The notes beneath the pieces are model-generated. The model was not told the origin of the DNA. It saw nothing but the letters and a program-made list of their open reading frames with translations, and did not search any database. Positions 8,865-18,157 of a DNA stretch of 29,383 nucleotides are shown piece by piece (position 1 is the first letter of the stretch; each line of letters opens with the position of its first letter). Source of the DNA: Candidatus Nanohaloarchaea archaeon (GTDB lineage: Archaea > Nanohalarchaeota > Nanosalinia > Nanosalinales > Nanosalinaceae); contig JBEQAY010000010.1 of assembly GCA_041640075.1 (NCBI GenBank), positions 1-29,383 of the forward strand. The letters run 5' to 3'. The position numbers and the translations under genes were made by a program.

Positions 8865-10574
8865 ATGTCAATGCATCTGAATAACTTGGCCAGGAAGATA
8901 AGGAAGATGAAGCATCCGGAAGAGTTTGAGGATGAGGAAGAAGAGGAAGGACGTGATCTTGGTCCGGGCATAGAGCTTCCGACTCCAGGAGAGTTTACTG
9001 ATGAGGTGGTGGAAGAGGCAAATGAGGAGGCGGATCTTACTGATGTCGATATTGCGTATCCCCTAGTGCCAGCTGATCCTGATGACGGTGAAGTAGTGTA
9101 CGCATGGGCCCATATTACCTGGGATGAGGAGGCTGGAGAGCTTGTATACAGGATTATAGAGCCAGAGCTAGATGAGCAGACGGAGCAGGCCTATAATAAA
9201 ATCGTGGAGATAATGGAGAGAAGTTTCGATATAAATTTTGAGGAACTTGAAGCTGATCAGGCCAAGCAGTATCTTGAAGAGAAAATTGATATGATTGTAG
9301 ATAAGTATAACATCCACGTACCTGAGGAAAAGCGTGAAGTAATAAGGTACTATACCAAGCGTGACTTTGCAGGTCTTGGGAAGCTTCAACCTCTAATGAA
9401 TGATACTGAGGTCGAGGATATTTCATGTGACGGTTTGAACATACCAGTCTACGCATACCACAGGAATCCCCGTTTTGGTTCCATAAAAACAAATCTCACG
9501 TGGGAGGATGCCGATGAACTGGATAGCTTTGTGATGAAACTTGCACAGAGATGTGGGAAATCCATTTCTGTATCCAGTCCTCTGCTTGACGGGTCGCTGC
9601 CTGATGGTTCGCGTGTACAGGCCACACTTGCCACAGATATTGCGCGTAAAGGATCCAACTTCACTATTAGGAGGTTTTCGGAGGATCCTCTTACGCCTAT
9701 TCATATGATGGACTTTGAGACTGAGAACTCAAGGATGTTGTCCTATCTTTGGATGATTGTGGAGCATGAGAAATCTATGCTTGTATCAGGAACTACAGGA
9801 GCAGGTAAAACTTCTCAGTTAAATGCTATGTCTCTTTTTATCCGTCCTGAGAAGAAGATTGTGTCGATTGAGGACACGCCGGAGCTAAGGCTTCCGCACG
9901 ATCACTGGGTGCCTGAGGTTTCACGTTCTGGTTTCGGTTCCTCTGCTGGGGATAGCGGTGAAGTTACAATGGATAACCTCTTGAAGGAATCCTTGCGTCA
10001 GAGACCAGAATATATTATTGTTGGAGAGGTCCGAGGAGCAGAGGCGTACATCCTTTTCCAGCAGATGGCTACAGGTCACACAGGCCTCTCCACGATCCAC
10101 GCAGATTCTCTTGACATGCTTATGGATCGTTTGACGACAGAACCTATTAACCTGTCACCTTCTCTTATAGAGACACTGGATCTGATTATGCTTATCGCCC
10201 GTATCAGGCGTGGGGGAACATATATTCGAAGGATTATGGGCCTCTACGAGATCCGTGGGTATGACAAGAGGAAAGGAATTGATGCAAATCAGGTTTTCGG
10301 CTGGGATCCTGATACTGATGAATACGTGGTTAAGAATAATTCTCTGATTTTGAAGGATATCGCAGATCAGTCTGGTAAAGACTATTCTGAGATCAGGAAG
10401 GAGTTACGTAACCGGCAACATGTGCTTAATTGGATGCAGGAGGAGCAAATAAAGGATTACAGAAAGGTAGGCGATATAATTTCAAGGTATTACTCAGATC
10501 CTGAATCAGTACTTGAGAGAGTGGGGCAAACATTTAATTCTGAAGAGACCGAAGAACAGGATAATGGAGCTTGA
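8865..10574 (+). CDS. Type IV pilus/type II-IV secretion ATPase (VirB11/PilB/ArlI family)
   Basis: VEDISCDG, LPDGSRV, Walker A GTTGAGKT, SIEDTPEL, LRQRPEYIIVGEVRG, His box TGH...STIHA. GGAGGTGA RBS upstream. Confidence 0.95.
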   Translation: MSMHLNNLARKIRKMKHPEEFEDEEEEEGRDLGPGIELPTPGEFTDEVVEEANEEADLTDVDIAYPLVPADPDDGEVVYAWAHITWDEEAGELVYRIIEPELDEQTEQAYNKIVEIMERSFDINFEELEADQAKQYLEEKIDMIVDKYNIHVPEEKREVIRYYTKRDFAGLGKLQPLMNDTEVEDISCDGLNIPVYAYHRNPRFGSIKTNLTWEDADELDSFVMKLAQRCGKSISVSSPLLDGSLPDGSRVQATLATDIARKGSNFTIRRFSEDPLTPIHMMDFETENSRMLSYLWMIVEHEKSMLVSGTTGAGKTSQLNAMSLFIRPEKKIVSIEDTPELRLPHDHWVPEVSRSGFGSSAGDSGEVTMDNLLKESLRQRPEYIIVGEVRGAEAYILFQQMATGHTGLSTIHADSLDMLMDRLTTEPINLSPSLIETLDLIMLIARIRRGGTYIRRIMGLYEIRGYDKRKGIDANQVFGWDPDTDEYVVKNNSLILKDIADQSGKDYSEIRKELRNRQHVLNWMQEEQIKDYRKVGDIISRYYSDPESVLERVGQTFNSEETEEQDNGA

Positions 10575-11439
10575 GGACTACGCTGAATTCTGTTTTGACC
10601 AGGCTGGAAGCGTGGCACTCAGGCTCGTGCCACATGCTCAGGGCTTCAAAATGACCCTTAATCAGGCGAATATTGATATATCCCTGCCTGAGTATCTGGC
10701 AATGGCCGTCTTTACGACAGGACTGGTAGGTCTTACTTTTTTCTCACTCTTTGGCATGATATTCTTCCTCGGTTCGGGGTTATCTGGAATAATAACCGCT
10801 TTTTTCGTAGCTTTGATTGTGTCCATGATTTCAACGGGAATGTTCTATCTATGGCCAAGGACTGTAATAAGTAATAGAGCTTCTGTTATACGAGATATGA
10901 TGCCTTTCGCCACAATGTATCTGTCTACACTTGCTGGTACTGGTTCTTCGGTCTCTGAAATGTTCCAGCAGCTTTCAGATGTGGAGGAATATGGTGAGGT
11001 GGCGAATGAGGCTGAAAAGATATCTCGGGATATAGAAACGCTTGGTATGGATGTCTCGGAGGCCTTGGAGAGAGGTGCGGCTAGAACTCCTAGCGAAGAT
11101 TTTGAAGATCTTCTGAGAGGGCTGCAGCACGTTATTACGACAGGTGGTTCGGTAAGAGACTTTCTACAGCAGAGATCAGATGCATTAATGGATGACTACG
11201 GACGTAGAATAGAGAAATTTGCCGATCAGCTGGGTTTGCTGGTGGAAATGTACATTACTATTGTAATTGTAGGTTCAATAATTTTTACAGCGATGAGCGC
11301 TATCATGAGTTCTATATCGGGTTTTGAGCCAAGTCTGGTGGTTGCACTACAGGTTCTACTTGTGTTTCTGGGTCTGCCGATTATAACAGGCATGTTCATC
11401 ATATTCATTAAGGGTATAGCCCCTGGAGGGATCATGTGA
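10564..11439 (+). CDS. Type II secretion system F / TadC-like membrane platform protein 1
   Basis: Multiple transmembrane segments, MPFATMYLSTLAGTG, YGEVANE, RTPSEDF. Start at ATG 10564 overlaps the ATPase end. Confidence 0.9.
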   Translation: MELEDYAEFCFDQAGSVALRLVPHAQGFKMTLNQANIDISLPEYLAMAVFTTGLVGLTFFSLFGMIFFLGSGLSGIITAFFVALIVSMISTGMFYLWPRTVISNRASVIRDMMPFATMYLSTLAGTGSSVSEMFQQLSDVEEYGEVANEAEKISRDIETLGMDVSEALERGAARTPSEDFEDLLRGLQHVITTGGSVRDFLQQRSDALMDDYGRRIEKFADQLGLLVEMYITIVIVGSIIFTAMSAIMSSISGFEPSLVVALQVLLVFLGLPIITGMFIIFIKGIAPGGIM

Positions 11440-12482
11440 TGGTTGACTTTTTCAGGAATGAGGAATATGAGCCAGGTTACTCTCTAGAAGATAAAGTTGT
11501 ACTGGGTTCGGTTGGTGGCGGAGGGTTTGTTGCCTTGCTGGGAATGGTGCTTTTCCTGACTGTTTCACAGCGTATAGGTGGCCTTGTACTTCTATCATCG
11601 CTTGTGGTTGGTATACTGCCCTATGGTTTAATGTCGTTCCTTAAAACTCGTGCAATTAATCAGATGGAAAGTGAGTTCCCTCAGTTCCTTCAGGATCTGG
11701 CTGAGTCCAAGAGAGGTGGCATGACTCTGCTGAAGGCTTTCGAATCCGCAATGGAGAATGATTATGGCAAGTTAGACCCTCAGATAGAGAGGATTTATCA
11801 CGAGTTGAGCTGGGGCATACCTTTCCCAGAAGTTATGGAACGTTTTTCCAGAAGAATGGAAGATTCAACGGTTATACAGGAATCAATTTCCATTATTATA
11901 CAGAGCTTTGAGAGTGGAGGAGATATAACTGGCACAATAGAATCTGTTGCTGATGACTCATCACGTCTGCGTGATCTGGTAGAAAACAAAAATGCGCAGC
12001 TTCAGCAACAGCTGTTTATAATGTATGTAATATTTTTCCTCTTCACAGGTATTACAATAGGAATTTACACGATGCTTGCTCAGTTACTGGGGCTTGGAAC
12101 AACTGAAGAAGGAGCCATAAGTGGTATAAGTGATATTATTGGAGGAGAAAGCTCTGGAGGACCAGTAAACTTCTGTAACGGTGATATAGGGGCTGCAAGA
12201 CCCTTCTGTGCAACTTCACGTATATTTGGTTTTGTGCCGAGTAATATATCAAGTGGTGCAGTATCCATGACGAGTGAATACGCTACAAGCCATGCTTATG
12301 GTAGAATGGCTTACTATAAAGCTCTTCTGTTTACTATGTTGATGGTTCAGGGTGTTTTAACGGCGCTAGTAGCTGGTCAGATTAAGGAGGGTTCTCCAAG
12401 TGCAGGTATAAAACACGCTATAGTCATGCTTCCAATAGCCTTCATAGCTTATGTCACGTATGTGGGGTCAGCGGGTGTATAG
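11436..12482 (+). CDS. Type II secretion system F / TadC-like membrane platform protein 2
   Basis: EFPQFLQDLAESKRGGMTL, DYGKL, WGIPF, ESGG, and C-terminal LVAGQIKEGSPSAGIKH. Confidence 0.9.
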   Translation: MMVDFFRNEEYEPGYSLEDKVVLGSVGGGGFVALLGMVLFLTVSQRIGGLVLLSSLVVGILPYGLMSFLKTRAINQMESEFPQFLQDLAESKRGGMTLLKAFESAMENDYGKLDPQIERIYHELSWGIPFPEVMERFSRRMEDSTVIQESISIIIQSFESGGDITGTIESVADDSSRLRDLVENKNAQLQQQLFIMYVIFFLFTGITIGIYTMLAQLLGLGTTEEGAISGISDIIGGESSGGPVNFCNGDIGAARPFCATSRIFGFVPSNISSGAVSMTSEYATSHAYGRMAYYKALLFTMLMVQGVLTALVAGQIKEGSPSAGIKHAIVMLPIAFIAYVTYVGSAGV

Positions 12483-12485
12483 AGA

Positions 12486-13352
12486 ATGTTTTCAAAAGGA
12501 CAGATAACTATTGAGTTTCTTCTTTCGACGCTTTTCGTTATAATAATGCTCTCAACACTACTCTACCTTGTTGTAGATTACGTTCCAGAGGTTGAAGAGG
12601 AAAGCAGGCCTGCAGAGGTAACTATGGAGGCTAGAAGAATATCCTCGATGCTTTTAACTTCGCCTGGTTTACACTCCAATGGAGTGGACGGAACGGATTG
12701 GGAGGAGAGCCTTTCAAATCTTCAAGAAATTGAAGCCGTAGGTCTGGCAACTGATTTCCATGTATTGGAGCGTGAAAAAGTTGAGAATCTCACTTCGTAT
12801 TCTTCAGATGGCCTCAACTATTCAACTTTTAGGAGGGTAACGGAGAATGAAAACCAATATCGCTTCATATTCACCCATCTACCTGTGATTCATACTTCGG
12901 ACAGTTTTCTTAGAACAGAGCCTCCTGAGTTCCCCAATATTACTGAACCTGATTCGGGAGATTATACGGCTTCAGGTAACACTGTACGTTATGGAGATAT
13001 GGAGGTGGGAGGGATCCAGTACAATTTCCTGGTTACATCTCATGGAGGCAACTTTGATACTGTCTACAGGAATAGGGATGCGGTAGATAGGTGGAACTTC
13101 AGTGATTCTCCAACTTTTCAGGAGGGAGATGAGATAAGACTTGACAGCAGAAACTTTACTGTGAGAAAAATCCAGAACACGGAAGATAATGGAGGTAGTA
13201 TGGTACTGCTTTCGAGACAGTTCAAGACCTTCGGACCTTCTTTCGATGCAACCGCATCTATACAGAAACTGAACCGTTACGCCGTACTGAATGAGACGGG
13301 TACAGATCTCCAACCAGTTAGGATGGAGGTGTTTGCATGGAGACAAAGCTGA
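12486..13352 (+). CDS. Pilin-like protein (class III signal peptide)
   Basis: MFSKG|QITIEFLLSTLFVIIML, LLTSPG...W...VGLA motif and many sequons. Confidence 0.85.
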   Translation: MFSKGQITIEFLLSTLFVIIMLSTLLYLVVDYVPEVEEESRPAEVTMEARRISSMLLTSPGLHSNGVDGTDWEESLSNLQEIEAVGLATDFHVLEREKVENLTSYSSDGLNYSTFRRVTENENQYRFIFTHLPVIHTSDSFLRTEPPEFPNITEPDSGDYTASGNTVRYGDMEVGGIQYNFLVTSHGGNFDTVYRNRDAVDRWNFSDSPTFQEGDEIRLDSRNFTVRKIQNTEDNGGSMVLLSRQFKTFGPSFDATASIQKLNRYAVLNETGTDLQPVRMEVFAWRQS

Positions 13353-15058
13353 GGAAAGGTGCAGGCTACTCGATAGAAGCAGTGCTTGCAGCACTGATAC
13401 TCTTTACTTTCGCGTTCGGTGCTGTGGATTCTCCTGAAGGGAAAGATTGGAGACAGTTCCAGGATCAAGTAGCTGCCAGAGACCTGACCTTTATGATCAA
13501 GAAGACAGGAGACCTGGATACCTTTTTGAGAAACTCCAATACTGAAGCAGTCCAGACAGAGATATCTCAGGTCTCAAGTCGGAACCTCCGTGTTTCAGGA
13601 ACTGTGGAAAACCTTCCACTGAACGAGATTCAGGTTGGCATGCACAAGATGCCCTCAAAGATACATGTGAACAACACTGTCGAGGTGTCCTCGGGAGACC
13701 GCTGTGAGGGTAACTTGGTATCCTTGGACTCGAACTCCGAATATCCAATCCGTAGAACGGACTCCGAATTCCTGGAAAACAGGCATAATACCCGCCTCTA
13801 TTTTGCGGACACGGATGCACAGCAACCAGGTGGGTATAACGGTGAGGAGGATTATGACGCGGTCTGGGTAGATAACGGTACCGACTGTGTCTTTGAAGAG
13901 GGAGAAGGACCGTATTACTTCGATGACATATTTCTTTGGGGTGATACTGGAGATCCAGATTCACTGCACTACGAATTTAAAAACTTCAACGATGCTACCG
14001 GTGAATTTACAGTTTACGAGGCCCCTAAAGCTGCAAAGATTAGCTCTTCAATGAACGAGCCACTGAATGGTATAGAGACGGATACCGTAGTCGATACTGT
14101 AAACTTCTCTACTTCAAATCTAGAGAACTATGATGTACTGGTTTTTCAGGAGAATGAGAGCCTTACAAGAATCGAACTTTATGGAGGAAAGATTCGAGAT
14201 CTGATGTCCAATACTTCAGTCCTAATGATGATGAATATGACTCGTTCCGACACTCAAAACAGCTTCATAGAAGATGTAGGATTTAAATGGACTGAGATGG
14301 ATCTACCTCCATCCTCCAATTATGATGCGACGTTCTCAAACTACGGGGTCAGTGAGAGCATTGAGACCTACTTCTTGGGCCTTGCAGGACAGCAGAGAGA
14401 CATCTCGCTCAAACCAGGAGGAAAGGTTATATCCAATCAAGGTTCAACTGAGACTTCTAGAGAAGATGTTTTATTTGCGAGAAACATACAATATGATGCT
14501 GATGATCTAGATGGTACAATAGATGGAACTTGGTCGACTTATGGAGGAGGCTCTTGTAGTGGAGACACCGAAGCTGACTTTGAAATTCCGGATGGAGACT
14601 ACAGTACTGAGATTTTTGCTGTGAAAAACGTTGATACGAATACAGCAGGTTGCAGTGGACCTAGAGGTATCATGATCGACAAAGATGAAGATGGAGATCT
14701 TGAAGGCCCTTTCCTGGGGGATGAAATACTCATAGTAAACGGCAGAAGATATAGTCCTAACATCAACAGTAATACAGATGCCAGACTCGAATTTGCAGGT
14801 AGCAGGAAGGTTGAACTGGTAAATCACAGAGAGGTTTTAGAAGATATAGACGGTGAAAGAGTTGCAAGGATAGCTTATGAAGATAAATATGGGGAAGAAG
14901 ATATCAACATAATTTCGTCCACAATCTACTGGCTGCGTGGAGACACAGTCATTTTTGAAGCCTCTGACCAACCGTCTTCACTTTCCACAACAGTGGTAGG
15001 TGGCATAAACAATAGATTATTCATGCCTTACAGGATGGATCTAAGGTGGGTGCAGTGA
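13337..15058 (+). CDS. Large pilin-like protein, putative adhesin (573 aa)
   Basis: LRKG|AGYSIEAVLAALILFTFAFG, a large acidic extracellular region, two Cys pairs and a DKDEDGD motif. Confidence 0.8.
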   Translation: METKLRKGAGYSIEAVLAALILFTFAFGAVDSPEGKDWRQFQDQVAARDLTFMIKKTGDLDTFLRNSNTEAVQTEISQVSSRNLRVSGTVENLPLNEIQVGMHKMPSKIHVNNTVEVSSGDRCEGNLVSLDSNSEYPIRRTDSEFLENRHNTRLYFADTDAQQPGGYNGEEDYDAVWVDNGTDCVFEEGEGPYYFDDIFLWGDTGDPDSLHYEFKNFNDATGEFTVYEAPKAAKISSSMNEPLNGIETDTVVDTVNFSTSNLENYDVLVFQENESLTRIELYGGKIRDLMSNTSVLMMMNMTRSDTQNSFIEDVGFKWTEMDLPPSSNYDATFSNYGVSESIETYFLGLAGQQRDISLKPGGKVISNQGSTETSREDVLFARNIQYDADDLDGTIDGTWSTYGGGSCSGDTEADFEIPDGDYSTEIFAVKNVDTNTAGCSGPRGIMIDKDEDGDLEGPFLGDEILIVNGRRYSPNINSNTDARLEFAGSRKVELVNHREVLEDIDGERVARIAYEDKYGEEDINIISSTIYWLRGDTVIFEASDQPSSLSTTVVGGINNRLFMPYRMDLRWVQ

Positions 15059-15363
15059 AAGGTCAGATAATGCTTATCACAGCTGTGCTCGTCAGTCTCA
15101 TAATGCTGACGACAGGAGCTGCAGTCGCAGACCTTGGGGACCATGAGTACGAACATATCCAGGAAGGTTATATCTCTGAGATAATCAAGGATGAAACAGC
15201 AGAGATAGACAAGACTTTCCGGAAGAATAGGGAAAATTACAGGAAAATGGTTGGTTTCATGGATGAATATGAAACATCAACAGTTTATGACGATGCAAGG
15301 CAATGCTACAATGTTACGCTACAGAATGATCAATCTACTATAAGATTGGATTGTATAGGATGA
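15046..15363 (+). CDS. Small pilin-like protein
   Basis: GTG start, VKG|QIMLITAVLVSLIMLTTG and a C-terminal Cys pair. Confidence 0.78.
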   Translation: MGAVKGQIMLITAVLVSLIMLTTGAAVADLGDHEYEHIQEGYISEIIKDETAEIDKTFRKNRENYRKMVGFMDEYETSTVYDDARQCYNVTLQNDQSTIRLDCIG

Positions 15364-15364
15364 C

Positions 15365-16549
15365 TTAGAACTTCCTGACGAATTCAACTTCATCTTCATC
15401 GAACTCGAAAAATTCTGAAACCTCATCATCCTCTTCGATTAGATTTGAGATGAATGGTAAAGTACGTGCGGCATCTCTACTGGAGATGTGAAGTTTCTCT
15501 GCCATCTTGGATGTAACTGCATCCATTTTCTTCCGTGAAGCCATGGATGATCCCATTTTGCTGATCTTTGACGGGTACTGGTACTTCGTGTAGCCCGAAT
15601 ATTTCTCATCCTTGCTCAAAGCCACGCCTACTGTTGAAAACTTGTAGAGATACTTCAGAAGCTTCCAGTTCTGCCTTCTTCTTATCCTGCCGTTGAAGAG
15701 ATCGGCTTTTGAAACCCAGTTATAGGCCTCGGCCACGTCCTCTTTCTTCTTGTACTCTCGCGGCACATTCTCTCTAATCCATTGTAGAAAGGTATCAGGA
15801 TCCTCATCAAGACCATCGGTCGCGTCCTCCGCGGTCTCGGCGGTAGTGGTCTTGAAGACGATCTTTAACGCCTGGAAAATATCCTGCTGAGTGTCACGAC
15901 CCGAGATAGCTTCAAGATCCTCTATACTTAGTTTGTCCTGGCCCATTGCTGCTGCCTGGAGATCGTTAATCGCGGAACGCATCTGTCCGCCAGCACTTCT
16001 GGCTATCCTCTTCGGAGCACCGTCTTCATAATCAATACCTTCTTCTTCAAGTATCTCCCTTAGATGAGCAGCTATAGAGTTGGTGTGAACAGAATCAAGT
16101 TTAATCATCTTGGCTTTATTCCTAAGCGTCCTTATATTACTATCATATGCGTCGTTTGCTGTCATAACCACAGGAAAACGGCTTTCATCAACGATAGTGG
16201 CAAGCTCAGACGTGCCTCCTCGATCACTTCTACCCATGCCGTCAACCTCGTCCACAAGAATCAATTTTTTCCCTCCATAGAAAGAAGCCTGTCGCGTAGC
16301 TTCCTTTAACTCTTCTTTGAGCTTTCCTTTAGTCCTGACATCAGAAGCATTTGTTTCTACAAGTTCATAACCTAAATCATTCGCCAGAGCCTCGACCAGC
16401 GAAGTCTTACCTGTACCTGCCTGGCCGTGAAGCAAGACAGGTTTGTCTCCCTGCTCCCAGTTCTCAGCCCATTCCTTCAACTCTTTTTTCTCACTAGATG
16501 CACCACGATACTCGGAAAGGCTTTCAGGACGGTATTTCTGTACCCACAT
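15365..16549 (-). CDS. rfcL: Replication factor C large subunit
   Basis: WVQKYRP, GQAGTGKT, ETNASDVR, LVDEVDG, MRSAINDL, SKADLF...NWKL. Confidence 0.95.
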   Translation of the reverse strand: MWVQKYRPESLSEYRGASSEKKELKEWAENWEQGDKPVLLHGQAGTGKTSLVEALANDLGYELVETNASDVRTKGKLKEELKEATRQASFYGGKKLILVDEVDGMGRSDRGGTSELATIVDESRFPVVMTANDAYDSNIRTLRNKAKMIKLDSVHTNSIAAHLREILEEEGIDYEDGAPKRIARSAGGQMRSAINDLQAAAMGQDKLSIEDLEAISGRDTQQDIFQALKIVFKTTTAETAEDATDGLDEDPDTFLQWIRENVPREYKKKEDVAEAYNWVSKADLFNGRIRRRQNWKLLKYLYKFSTVGVALSKDEKYSGYTKYQYPSKISKMGSSMASRKKMDAVTSKMAEKLHISSRDAARTLPFISNLIEEDDEVSEFFEFDEDEVEFVRKF

Positions 16550-16633
16550 CGTGTTACGCTACGATTACGCAATAGACGGTGCTTCGCACCGACTTCTTAG
16601 ATTTTTGAGTTTTCATTTTTCACTTCCTCGATC

Positions 16634-17584
16634 TTAGTCTTCATCTAGTTCGGCGATTTTTGCCAGGAGGGCCTCGATCTGGATGTCCGGACTACCTCCT
16701 TCTGAGATTCTGAATTCGAACTCTCCAAGATTGTCGATGATCTTCAGCTTCCCTTTCTCGGAAATATCCAGATCGTAAATCTCTCTGTGGATCGCATCAA
16801 TGACGTCCTGACCGTCCAGACCCCTTTCGATCATAAGATCCGAAAGATGGTCTCTTGCGTCCATGAATCTTTCCTTGAGCGCAAGGTTTAGGATTTGTGT
16901 AATTTCCTCAGGTCTGAGTGATGCTGCAACGCCATAGATGTCCTCTTCATCAATCTCTTCGTTCTGTATCGCAGCTGTTTGCAGTATATTGGTTACACGC
17001 CTTAAATCACCGCTGGAGACTCTCATGATGGCGTCGATAGCATCTGAAGAGATCTTGAAACCTTCTACCTCTCCAAGTCGCTGAATATACTCTTTAACCT
17101 CCGGTTTTTCCAGCCGGTTGAAGCGGAAGACTGCACATCTGGACTGGATGGGATCGATAATTTTTGAAGAGTAGTTGCAGGACAGGATAAACCTGCAGTT
17201 GTCGGAGAACTGCTCCATCGTACGTCTCAAAGCTTGCTGTGCATCTGGAGTCAGTGCGTCAGCTTCGTCAAGGAATATTATCTTGTAATCTGCGTTTATA
17301 GGCTTTGTTCGGGCGAAATCTTTGATTTTTTCTCTTACGACGTCTATACCTCTTTCGTCAGAGGCGTTTGTCTCCATAAAGTTCTGGTTCCATTCGTCAC
17401 CGTAAAGATCTTTGGCTAGAGCTACTGCTGACGTTGTTTTGCCTGTTCCTGCGGGTCCTGCGAAGAGCATGTGTGGGATTGAGTCCTCCTCCACGAATGC
17501 CTCCAGTCTTTCTGTTATCTCGTCCTGACCGACCACCTCTGAAAGAGTCTCTGGCCGGTACTTTTCAGTCCAAACTTCGATCAT
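16634..17584 (-). CDS. rfcS: Replication factor C small subunit
   Basis: WTEKYRP, GPAGTGKT, NASDERGIDVVR, LDEADALT, IQSRC. No intein. Confidence 0.97.
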   Translation of the reverse strand: MIEVWTEKYRPETLSEVVGQDEITERLEAFVEEDSIPHMLFAGPAGTGKTTSAVALAKDLYGDEWNQNFMETNASDERGIDVVREKIKDFARTKPINADYKIIFLDEADALTPDAQQALRRTMEQFSDNCRFILSCNYSSKIIDPIQSRCAVFRFNRLEKPEVKEYIQRLGEVEGFKISSDAIDAIMRVSSGDLRRVTNILQTAAIQNEEIDEEDIYGVAASLRPEEITQILNLALKERFMDARDHLSDLMIERGLDGQDVIDAIHREIYDLDISEKGKLKIIDNLGEFEFRISEGGSPDIQIEALLAKIAELDED

Positions 17585-17655
17585 AGAATTTTTCTACCTC
17601 CTGAAAAATCTGTACTTGGTGAAGCTTTTATTCTTTCTCAGGTCTCAAATTCAAT

Positions 17656-18150
17656 GTGAGAATAGGAGTAACAGGAACACCTGGAACCGGGAAATCCACA
17701 GTTTCAGAGCATCTTGATGGAAAGATAATCGACCTGAAAGAGTACCTAGAAGAGAAAGATCTTGGTGAGGTTAACGACGAAGGTGAGATAGAGGTCGACA
17801 TAGAGGAACTGAGGGAGAACAGTCCGGAAGAACCTGAAGACGAAGATCTCATCCTTGAAGGGCACCTAGCACATTTTCTGGACCTTGATTACTGTATAGT
17901 ACTGCGTTGCCGACCGGATAAGCTACGTGGAAGGCTGGAGAAGAGAGATTACTCCGAGAAGAAAATCGAGGAGAACGTTGAATCCGAAAAGCTTGATATA
18001 ATATTATCCCAGGCCGTTCAGATGCAGGAAAAAGTCTTCGAAGTCGACACCACGGAGAAAACTGTTGAAGAGGTAGTTGAAGAAGTTAAGTTGGCTATAA
18101 CTGAAGGAAAGGAAAGTTATGGTGAAGTTGACTGGTCTGAGTTCCTTTAA
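17656..18150 (+). CDS. Adenylate kinase, AK6/Fap7-type
   Basis: GTPGTGKST, ILEGH, VLRC.P..L..RL..RDY...KI.EN. GTG start. Confidence 0.88.
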   Translation: MRIGVTGTPGTGKSTVSEHLDGKIIDLKEYLEEKDLGEVNDEGEIEVDIEELRENSPEEPEDEDLILEGHLAHFLDLDYCIVLRCRPDKLRGRLEKRDYSEKKIEENVESEKLDIILSQAVQMQEKVFEVDTTEKTVEEVVEEVKLAITEGKESYGEVDWSEFL

Positions 18151-18157
18151 AATTTTT

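Noticed and set aside
6677..12482. Archaellum operon
   Set aside because: There is no ArlH (RecA-like), ArlF/G or single large ArlJ. Two TadC genes and KGQ-type pilins indicate a pilus.
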